A stretch of 64,000 nucleotides of DNA, from the NCBI GenBank assembly GCA_964016885.1, contig OZ024744.1, positions 63,984,001 to 64,048,000 on the forward strand, given 5' to 3'. Within the stretch, counting starts at the first letter, position 1. Each line of letters starts with the position of its first letter. The translations under genes and the position numbers were made by a program. The notes beneath the pieces were generated by a model that had not been told where the DNA came from, made no database searches, and worked only from the letters and a program-made list of their open reading frames with translations. Source of the stretch: Eledone cirrhosa (taxonomy: Eukaryota). Shown one piece after another: positions 49,278 to 59,673 of the stretch.

Positions 49278-49533
49278 TGTGGTTAGAAAGAGCTATCTCA
49301 CTTACCGCTTTTCACAGGCGCCGCTAAATTCCACTGCAGGTACTCCTCTTCCACGTGCGCCCGACTGCTTAACACCGGGAGCTCCCCAAAACTCACGTCC
49401 ACACCGTGTGCTGGTCACCACTAGAGAGAGGCCCTCTGCTGGCCCTTCCGGTCGAGCATCCTTCCGACCAAAGACCCCTTCCGGTCGAGCACTCCCCCCG
49501 CCTCCGGCCACCACACGCCACACCATACCCACA
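49278..49533 (-). repeat. 3' LTR of copy 2
   Basis: Direct repeat of 53152-53407. Confidence 0.96.
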
Positions 49534-49579
49534 CGCCCCCCCCTGATCTCAAGGATCAATTTCCCCCTCGTCCCTCTGC

Positions 49580-52374
49580 ATATGAAAGTCTGCCGTCCAG
49601 GTCGGTGGTCTACGACTTCGTTGCGATCTTCGTAGTATTGGGGCAGAGCTCTGGGTTTCCACCTCATCTTGGGTTTCCTCTTCCTCGGAGTCCGTCGACA
49701 CAGTGATTCTTCTTACATCCAGGACATGACGTGGTACCCCGTCCACGGACACATTGTTCTTTGAATTTACGGCCGTCACTGTTCCCCTTCCCCATTGAGA
49801 TGTGCAACGTGCATCTGGGGGCTTAATGCACTCTCTCTCCCCACTGGCCGTTGTGGTGGCGTCCACGGGTGCCACCACTCGTATTTGAATACTGCTCTAT
49901 GTGGCACCGATTCCTCGACCTGTCCAACCCGAGGGGACATATTGTACCAGAACACTGCCTCCATTGGTGAGATATGGCCCCGCTCCGCCATTGCCTTGAT
50001 CGTCCGGTGGTGTCTCTCCACGATTCCATTCCCGCTCAGCCTGTGCGCCGCTCTGAAGAAACGGTCCACCTTCCATCCATCGAGCATCTCCCTCAGTGCC
50101 TCCGAGCGGAACGCTGCGCTGTTGTCCATCAGCAGTTCATCCACAGGGCCCCGCTCCAAGAACACCTCTCTCAACGTCCGCACGATTTCCTCGGCCGTTC
50201 CAGTCTTCATCTCCCTCCATATCGCCATTCGACCTGGTCCACAGTCGACCATCGAGAGGTACGTTCCCTGCCGGTAGTGCGTCACATCCACCGCTAATCG
50301 CTTCCAGTTGCGATCCACCGGGAGGCTTCCCGTTTCGTGTACACCCGGGGCGGGATCAGTGGACTGACATCGGACGCAGCCTCTAACCACCCCCGAACAC
50401 TGTGTCTGCTAACGTCCGAGTTGATTCTCCTGGCTAGGAACAGGCTCCTATCCACCCCCATGTGGTGCATGTCATGCAACCCCTTCAGGTCTAACTCGGT
50501 CAGCCGACACACGGCAGCTATCTCATCCTCTACCTCCTCCGGCGCTTCCATCCAGGCTTTCTTCACTCTAGTTAAGATGTCCACCCTATTTTTCTCTGAG
50601 GGCACGAACACTACGCTCAGCTTCAGGTCGAACTCGGTGGCCAGCTCTCCTAACGTTCCCAGGCGGCGCTTTATCAGCATCTCCGCCGCGCCTCTCGTTC
50701 GCACTCTCTTCTCATTGGTGAGCACTGATCTTACCCATCCGAGTACAGTAGCCGAGTCGGTGCGTATCTCGATGGTGCGCAGCCCCCACTGCAGGGCGAG
50801 GTTCACCCCTCTCAACACCGCGTCCAGCTCAGCCACATTGATGTGGCTGCAGTCGTCCTTCTTTCTAAGCCAGGCTGCATCCTCGACCTCAACACCTCCT
50901 ATCTCCAACGTGACACCCAGTGCTATGCTGCTGGCATCGCACCATACGGTCCCGCTCCGTGATTTGGGAACGTACCAGCGTCTCCGCACTGGGTCGTCGG
51001 CCTTCACCCTCCCCACGATCTCCTGCATCATGGCCACCGTTCTCTCTCCCACTCTGTCACTCCAAGTCACCCCTCCCGCTCGTCTCTTGACATAGCTGCA
51101 TGCCGTCCGGAGCCACCCAGCGATCGGGTAGTGACCCACCAGCTTTCCACACAACGAGAAAAGCTCCCGCCTATTCATACTTGGGCCCAGTTCCGGAACT
51201 TCGTTTCCCTCTGGAACACCAAAACGCCCGTCCTGTCTCGCCGTAGCCTAAGTCCCAGCGCGGCTCCTCCCTCCAATGCTTCTGATGGCTTCGCAGTCAG
51301 TCCATACCTCCGCAAATGGCTTGTGACCTCCGCCGTTGACACCACCGACTCGTCCACTAGGATGTCGTCAATATAGGAGTTAGTAGCCCTCTTTATCTTG
51401 TCGGCCCTCCCCAGAGAGGTCTTGAGGACCGCCGCCATGATCTTCGGTGCGGAGCTCAGCCCGAAACCGAACCTGGTCAGGCAATATGTCCGGCCCTTAT
51501 ACCTGACCAGCTGATACCGCCAGAGCTTCTCATCTATATGCAACTGCAAGTAAGCCGACTTTAGATCCACAATCGCTGAACCCCCCGTCATGCGTCTCCA
51601 CTCACGCAGGGTTTCCCCACAGACATCATGTGGCATGACACGTGCTCGTTCAGCTCTCGATAGTCCAGCACCGGCCTCACCTTGCTCTTCGTGGGTTGCA
51701 CCACCGCCATCAATGGCAATACTCCGCACTTCACCTCCTCCTTCCAGGGAAGCAGTATGTCCTCTTCGATCCATCTCTCTACTTCTCGCTCGAACTCGCT
51801 CCTAGCGTTTCCCTTCAATGTGTGTTGATAGCAGCCCACTTTGGTCTTCAGCGTTGGTGGTTCTCCCTTCCAGTACCACTCAACAACCCATCGCTGCCCA
51901 TCAAACACGGCCTTGAAGTCTTTGTCCTATACAGTGTAAGCGGGGTATTCCTCCTCGTGGGCCTTCTGGTTCTCATGACGTGCACTCACAGCGCATACCG
52001 ATGCAGCGGCGCCAAACGACACACCGACATTGTTCACCGTGACGCCCCCTAGACGGCCAATCGCGTCCATGCCCATAACCACGCCGATCCCATCCACTGT
52101 CTACCACGATGGCGGAAAGCCTTATCGTCTTTCCCCGTACTGCTATTTCAATCTCGCAGCGACCTCGGCATTCAATTTTCCTGCCGTCGACTGCCCTTAC
52201 GCTGCTCTTCCCTCCCCACCTCTGCGCCACCCCCGCGGTCACCAGTGTCGTCGTACAGCCCGTATCCATGAGGGCTCGCTGTGGCTTCCCCCTCACGAAG
52301 ACTTCCACCACGGGCAGCACCGCTACTCGTAAGGGGCAACTACCGGCGCAGTAGTTCCCCTTGGATCGTTTCCC
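49580..52374 (-). pseudogene. pol: pol: protease, reverse transcriptase, RNase H, integrase (frameshifted)
   Basis: PR: ALMDTGC. RT: RPVLDYRELN, VDLKSAYLQ, FGLSSAP, YIDD. RH: WCDASS, HINVAEL, RTDS, NRVD. IN: HHMG..CVRC, AVD, MDN, GIVER. Confidence 0.92.
52317..52374 (-). promoter_or_regulatory. -1 ribosomal frameshift signal: G GGA AAC + 7-nt spacer + stem-loop/pseudoknot
   Basis: Heptamer at 52368-52374 in gag phase. Stem ggggaactac/gtagtt(g)cccc. Loop gcgccg can pair with downstream cggtgc. The -1 frame is open into the protease. Confidence 0.75.
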
Positions 52375-53084
52375 TGGTCGCAGTTAGTAGCTATGTGGCC
52401 TGGTCGCTTACACCGGTAGCAAATTATCTCCGGCTTCGACTCTCTACAGTCTCTAGCCATATGCGGGCCCTGGCACCTAAAACAGCGCCCCCTAAATTCG
52501 CACGGACGGCCGCGTGCCGAGGTTGCCTCCCTTTCACCATTTCGCTGCCAGGTGTCCTGAGCCTCCGTAGTCGCTATCGCCGCAACACTCTTTTTGGCAT
52601 CTTCCGCTATGATCCGGGCTTGTTCCACCAGTGAACGTATTTCCATCTCTTTATACCCCGGGACTTGCTGCAGTTTCAGCGCTATGTCGTCCGGAAATCC
52701 ATTGATGAATGCCAACCGCACCGTGCGTTCGCATTCCGCCTGGTAACCGGCCAACATAGCCAACCGCCTTATTTCCGCTGCGAAAATGTCGACGCGCTCA
52801 CCATTCCACCTGATTCTTGCCAGCTTAGCAAAAGCCGCCAACGGTCCCTCGGCGAATGCATCCATCAGACGCCTCTCAATCTTCTGCACATCTCTTTGGC
52901 TGTGCTCGTCCAACTCAAGGAAGAGTACCAGCGCGTCGCCCTCGAGGTACAATGCCATGAGGCCAGCCACGTCTTCTATCTTCTACAAGCCTGCGACCAG
53001 CCGAACCTTCCACAGCCAAGCGACAACATCACCTTCCCCGGTGAATGCCCTGATAGCTTCATTCATCCGTAGTCTTGTCGCCAT
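52323..53084 (-). pseudogene. gag: gag with two zinc knuckles, one premature stop
   Basis: ATG at 53084, in-frame TAG near 52984; CFRCQGPHMARDC and CYRCKRPGHIATNC. Confidence 0.9.
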
Positions 53085-53151
53085 CTTCTGATTTGTTTTG
53101 CGGCAAGTGTTTTCTTTTTTTTTTTTTTTTTTTTTTTTTCAGTCGATAGCT

Positions 53152-53407
53152 TGTGGTTAGAAAGAGCTATCTCACTTACCGCTTTTCACAGGCGCCGCTA
53201 AATTCCACTGCAGGTACTCCTCTTCCACGTGCGTCCGACTGCTTAACACCGGGAGCTCCCCAAAACTCACGTCCACACCGTGTGCTGGTCACCACTAGAG
53301 AGAGGCCCTCTGCTGGCCCTTCCGGTCGAGCATCCTTCCGGCCAAAGACCCCTTCCGGTCGAGCACTCCCCCCGCCTCCGGCCACCGCACGCCACACCAT
53401 ACCCACA
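53152..53407 (-). repeat. 5' LTR of copy 2
   Basis: Followed by agctatcgactg (degenerate PBS) and a poly-A leader. Confidence 0.96.
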
Positions 53408-53442
53408 GGAAATTGGATGTTAAACGGTGATGATGATGATAT

Positions 53443-54090
53443 ATCATCATCATCATCATCTCCGTTTTACATCCATTCTTCCATGCTAGCATGGGTCAGA
53501 CGGGTTGTCCTGTTGTGGTCAATGCCAGGTCAGGTGACCATCTTTTACTCATACGGAAACTGATTCTGGTTTGATTTCTACAGCTGGATCCCCTTCCTAA
53601 CACCAACCTCATTTACAGTGAATACTGGGTGCTTTTTTACTGTGGCGCCTACAGGACCACTTTACAGTGTAGGTTGGGGGCTTTTTTGTCGTGACACCTC
53701 CTTGACCACTTTGAAATGGGAGGGCATATTGTCTATATGCTTATGCTTCAGCTTCAGCTTGTACCTGTGTGAAGTTGGGTTTTCTGTATTACTGCGTAAC
53801 ACCAGAGGTCTCAGCCCTGTGTCATTGAGAGGTGCAATTGGGCATGGTCAACTTTTACCACCTCATCCCAGGTCTTCTTGGGTCTCTCCACTCCAAGGCT
53901 TCCGTCGACTTTTAGTGCTCTGCAGCTGTCATTCTTCATAAACATCACATGTCCATACCAAGGTAATCTCCTCTTCTGCACACAGCATTTGATTCGTTTA
54001 TGCTTAGTCTCTCTCTCAATTCGTTTATGCTTTGCCATTCACGTATATTACTATTACACCTCCATCGGAGCATGCAAGCAATGTTTCTTT
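53443..54090 (-). mobile_element. RTE LINE (alpha-like) 3' fragment
   Basis: RRLPWYGHV and RPKKTW motifs; 3' UTR and (GAT)n tail. Confidence 0.88.
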
Positions 54091-55320
54091 TTATGCACAT
54101 ATATGTGTACTAAATACCATACTGTGAGTACACAAGAGAAACTCCAGAATAACAAGTCTTTGGCCATGATAAATTTATTTAAGACACTTTGCAGGTTTCA
54201 TTTTTCAGCTCATTCATCTGAGGTAATATTTTATTTTCTTGTCTCTTTCTTAGTAATAACTTTGTCCTGTTATTTGTCCCTGGACAGTGACCAGTCTATT
54301 TTGTCCTGTCTGATTCCAAACAGCCACTGTGACAATTTTCCCAGTAGCTGGGGTATATTCTGAGTATTAAAATATCAAAAACTCGAATTTTCTTTGACCT
54401 CTCTGATAGCCTTAGATATTCACACTTAGAACAGATGGTTGAAGATCCAAAATTATTTGTTTGTTCCATTTGTATCGTCAAATATTTGATTTACAGAATT
54501 TTCCATCCATACACAGTATTTCTCCTAAACTTGCTTATATATATTCATGTATATTCTAGTGTACCCATTACACTTTGGACTGTAGCTGGTGATGAGAAAT
54601 GCATCTAGCTGTAGAAACCATGAATATATTAAAGTGAAATGAGGCCTCTGGTTCGTCTGCAATGACATTAGCTCTGGTTAAGTACTGGCTTGATCTGTGA
54701 TGAGATGTCCAACTCATGCCAGCATGGAAAATTGGACATAAAAATTATGATTTATATATATATATACACATGTGTTTGTGTGTATATGTGTCTTGTTGGA
54801 ATTTTGTTCAGTGGGGCTTTTCTCAACGGACCCTTAAATTGTATGATCATGTACTTTTATTTGTGGTATTTAAATGAAATGTATTTTCTGTAACAAAAAT
54901 TTGGACTTTACCTATATTTTATTAAAATTTATTTATAAATAGGTTATTATGACCTATATTTAAATTTATATTTCACTGATAGTTTGTTCATCTACTGGAT
55001 GACTTTGAAATTTCATGAAATTTTGATTTTATGTTTATATTTATCTATAAATAGAATAATTTTAATAGTTTTTTTATTTATAGACTAAAATAATTAATAG
55101 TTATTTTACATTTGTAATTATCAAAAGACTTGGCAAATTCTCTGCAATTGATAGAACATATGACCATACACAAGCAAGATGAAGACTTCTTGGCCTATTT
55201 CAGAGGTCAGTGACTCTGCTTCAGTACTGGCTTGGTCTATGCTAGCAGGGTAAACAGAGGTTAAACGATGATGTTGATGATGATAATAATGATCAAAATC
55301 ATGTTGGGATAGACAAAATA

Positions 55321-55515
55321 CAGTCCTGTCAACTCTCCTTGTCAAATGGAGAGATCTCTCACCCACTTTGTGTTGGGTGAGAGGTGTCTTCTTTTGGGAA
55401 AATGGGTATGGCTTTCATTATGTAAAATCTCCCCATTTTGCCTCATTTTTCCCCGCTTGGGGGCACTTTTTTTCATTGTACTTCCCATTTGGGTTTTTAG
55501 CAGTTGGCAGGTCTG
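55321..55515. mobile_element. hAT-like MITE family H, copy 2
   Basis: cagtcctgtcaac / gttggcaggtctg; 6-bp TSD aaaata. Confidence 0.82.
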
Positions 55516-56407
55516 AAAATATAGTATCAGTAAGTATTGAGTTTAACTTAATAATCCTATAAAGCATCTGGGATGTGAATGGAATTACAATAGAAAAATA
55601 CCATCTAGGAATGAAATATAATAATTTTACCCTTATAATTATCCTGCATTTATAATTATCATTTTACATTTACACTATAGCCCAGCCCACACCATAGTGG
55701 TTGTTTAGATGTCATGGCAAAAAGCACCCAGCCCACGCTGTAAAGTGGTCATGTAGGAGTCACAACAAAAAAGCACACAGTACTCACTGTAAATGTGGTT
55801 AGCATTAGGAAGGGCATCCAGCTATAGAAACCAGGCCAAAATCAGTTCAGTGTAAGTGAATTCACGGTCCCCCGACCTGATCTCTCACAAAGGGACAACC
55901 CGTCCTACCCATGCTAGCATGGAAGATGGACGTTAAGCAATGATGATGATTTACAATTATCTAGAAATAGAATAAAGTAATTTTCCATTTATATTATATA
56001 GAATTTTCCATTTATATTATCTAGAAATAGAATAAAATCAATCCATATGATAAGGCATCCAGGCCTTTTTCTTCTGGGCATGTGTGTGGCTAAGTGAACC
56101 AGTCTTATTTCTAACACACTTTTCCCCAACAACATCCTTATTCACACTGACACTACTTTGCAATACAGAACACTAAACTTAACTAAATAAAAATGGTTGT
56201 TTGTGTATATGTGTGTGTGTGTGTGGGTGGGGGGTGGGGGGGATCCCAACCCCCAGAAAAAGGGACCACCCTTACTATCTCCATGTCGCCACAGTCAGTA
56301 GACAAAGAGGTGCCCTTGCTAATTAACACAAACACTAGCATCAATGATGAAAATAGTTATAAGCACAAGCCTGTTAATCATGTGATCATGAAATATAAAA
56401 CTTGTGA

Positions 56408-59262
56408 CATCATCATCATCATCATCTTTCAACGTCCACATTCCATGCTTGCATAGGTTTGGACGGGAGTTTTCCCACTTGAGGCAAGAGTGGTTGTCTT
56501 GCTCGCATAGGACTGTCTGGCGGGTTTTCTACGACTGGATGCCCTTCCTAACACCAACCACATTTACAGTGTGGAACTGGGAGGTTTTTACCGTGTTACC
56601 TACACGGCCACATTACAGCGTGGACTGTGTGTTTTTTTGTCGTGACACCTACACGACCTCATTTGTTTCGGGCTGGATGTTGTGGTACCAACATAACTTT
56701 ACATTGAAAGGGGTGGTGTGGATGGGGTGGGGGTAGTGGGACGGGGGGTGTATTTTGTTAGAGGTGCCTACTGACTGTAGTAGGTTTCACTTTGTATTTA
56801 GGTAAGGCGGGTCTTCTCTATTACTGTGTAGCGCCAAAGGTCTCAGTCCAGTGACATTGTCTTGGAGAGGTGTAAGTGTGTGAGGTCGGAATTTATCAAG
56901 TCGTCCCAGGTTTTTCTGGGTCTGCCTACTCCGTGGCTACCGTCTATTTTTATTGCCCTGCACTTTTTATACAGCTGTCGTCTTTCATGCGCATCATGTG
57001 ACCATACCAACGTAGTCTTCTCTCAAGTAAACAACATCTGATCCCTTTTATTTCTAATTTTTCCCTTAGTTCGTTTATGCTTTGCCGTTCACGAATATTA
57101 CTATTACACATCCAGCGGATCATGCAAGCTTCGTTCCTCTCCAGTCTGCGTATATCCTCTGCACACAATGCCCAGGTCTCACTGCCATGCAACATTGCTG
57201 TTCGTATGCAGGCATCATACAGCCTGCCTTTCATTTTTAGGGAGAACCCTTTAGCGGCTAATAGTGGTATAAGCTCTCTGAACTTTTTCCATCCAGTTCT
57301 GACTCTAGCTACTGTACTTTCAGAGCACCCTCCCCCACTGCTGATTTTGTCACCCAGGTAACGGAAGCTGTCCACTATTTCTATAGAATCATCTGTGCAA
57401 TGGAGTGAGCTAGTATTCTGTGGGCACTTGTTGCTACTTATTGCACCAGAGCACCGGCCACATATAAAATCTATGTTCTTAGTTAGCTTACCTGTGATCC
57501 CACTACATCTTTTATGCACCCATACTTTGCATTTGGGACATAAAATGGAGTTTCTACCTCCTCCATTCCTACACACTGAGCATGGCCATTTCCTGGATGG
57601 GACCGGCGCCCTATTTTCCTTCCTACAAACTAGAACTTTAGTCTTAGACAGGTTAATTTTAAGGATTTTGATTCTAGGCCATGCTTCCATGTTTGGAGTT
57701 TCTTCTCTAGTTCGGCCATTGATTCAGCTATGAGCGTTAGATCATCTGCGTATAGGAGTTCCCATGGGCAGCCAGTCTTGAACTCCACTGTTATACTCCA
57801 CTGTTATACTCCACTGGCAATAATAAATAGTAGGGGGCTAGATCGGAGCCCTGATGAACACTAACTTTTACGCTAAACTCTACACTATATTCGTTGTTAA
57901 TTCTAACCTTGCTGACTGTTTCTTTATACATGGCTTGTATAGCTCTCACAAGCCATTCATCAACACCTAGTTTTCTAAGAGCCCACCAGATAATTGAACG
58001 GGGGACTCTGTCGAAGGCTTTCTCCAAGTCGACAAAAGCTGAGTATAGGGGTTTACTTTTAGCTAGGTACTTCTCCTGCAGTTGTCGTACAATGAAAAGA
58101 GCGTCTGTGGTACTTTTACCTGACACAAACCCGAACTGCATTTCATCTAGATCAATTCTCTCTCTGATTAGTTGCGCTATTACTTTTTCTGTGACCTTCA
58201 TGACCTGGTCAATTAATTTAATGCCTCTATAGTTACTCCTATCTAGGGCATCTCCTTTACCCTTGTAGCAGTTAATGATGATGCTGCTACGCCAGTCCTT
58301 CGGAACAACCCCATTCTGTATGACTTGGTTTACTATCCGGGTCACCATGGTGTGTCCCATGGTTCCAGAAGCTTTCAGCATTTCAGTAACTATTTCCGAA
58401 GGCCCAGCCGCCTTACCCGTCTTCATTGCCTTATTTATTATACTACCTTCAACTAACACGGCTGGTCCCTCTATTGGGTCGATGTGGGGGAGACTGTCTT
58501 TCTCCCATTTATTCTCCTCATTTAGTAGCCTTTTGTAGTGACACTTCCAAACTACCTTCTTATCAGCATCAGTGATGGCAAGTACACCATCATCATTAAG
58601 GACACACTTCTCCCCGACAATATCACGGTTTTCCTTGACACATTGCCTAGCAATCCTGAACACCTCACATTTTTGGTCCTCGCGTTGTAGAACATGCTCG
58701 AACTTTCTTTCCTCTGCTTCCCTTCTTGCGAAGTACACTTGTCTCCTAGCTTGCCTACTGGCCACTTGATAGTCTTCTTTACTTCCCCCATCCCGCCATA
58801 CTTTCCAAGCCTGTTTTTTGGCCTTAATTGACTCCTCCACCTTACTGTTCCACCACCATGTTACTCTCCTCCTGCCTATAGGCCTGCTCCAGCCACAGAC
58901 TTCATCTGCCGCCATCAGCAGGTTTGCTTTCAGGAATTCCCACTGTTCCTCTATATTGTACGACTCTGAATGCTCTTCCTTACTGTCGAAAGCATCAAGT
59001 AATATGCTTTTAAATTTATTTCTGGCTGTGGGGTCCTTTAGCTTCCATATTTTTCTCCTGAGGATAGTCCTCTTCTGCTGTCGAGTACGTCTCGTCCTGA
59101 CTATGAGGTCGCTAATTATCAGTCTATGTTGGGAGGTGCATTCTTCATGGGGGTGGGATTTAGTGTTTACAACAGACACTCTGTCACGTCTTCTGGTAAG
59201 GATATAATCTACCTGGCTGGTATGTTCCCCTGATCTGTTGGTGATCAAGTGATTGTCTTGTA
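56408..59262 (-). mobile_element. RTE LINE subfamily gamma, long 5'-truncated copy
   Basis: ORFs 57791-59248 and 56950-57690 (PHD, FRYLGD, RRLRWYGH). Long 3' UTR and (GAT)n tail. Confidence 0.94.
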
Positions 59263-59428
59263 TTCTGACTGCTGCCCCTCATAATACCACATCAGAACAG
59301 GAATCACAGACATAAACAATATCATTTTCATAGCTACCACTTCCTAGGACTTGGTACTAATATTAAAAAAACAAATTTTGGGTTCCAATCAACGCAAAAG
59401 AACATGATGACTTACATTATAGTAAACC

Positions 59429-59622
59429 CAGACCTATCAACTTTCTCTGTCCGATGGGGAGATCTCCTCATTTTGATCATTTCTCCCTGTCACCCTGTTT
59501 TTGTGAAAATAGGTATAGCTTTCATCATGTACAAGCCCCTCATTTTGCTTCATTTCTCCCTATTTTTGGATACTTTTTGACATGGTATTCCCCTTTTGGG
59601 TGTTTAGAGGTTGGCAGGTCTG
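59429..59622. mobile_element. hAT-like MITE family H, copy 3
   Basis: cagacctatcaac / gttggcaggtctg; 6-bp TSD taaacc. Confidence 0.82.
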
Positions 59623-59673
59623 TAAACCCGACACCAATACTTGGAACATAGACGAGAAATTCATTGAATCAAC

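Larger units (their letters stand above)
49278..53407 (-). mobile_element. LTR retrotransposon copy 2 (LTR subfamily B), full-length 4130 bp, gag-PR-RT-RH-IN
   Basis: 256-bp LTRs at 49278-49533 and 53152-53407 with 3 mismatches by eye; TG..CA ends. TSD GGAAA (49273-49277, 53408-53412). PPT gagatcaggggggggcg. Confidence 0.96.

Noticed and set aside
54240-54530. Minus-strand Cys-containing peptide (ICSKC, CHSGC)
   Set aside because: Multiple stops; possibly an old transposon remnant but unassignable.
57783-57815. 13-bp tandem triplication inside RTE gamma
   Set aside because: Ordinary slippage mutation in a dead copy.
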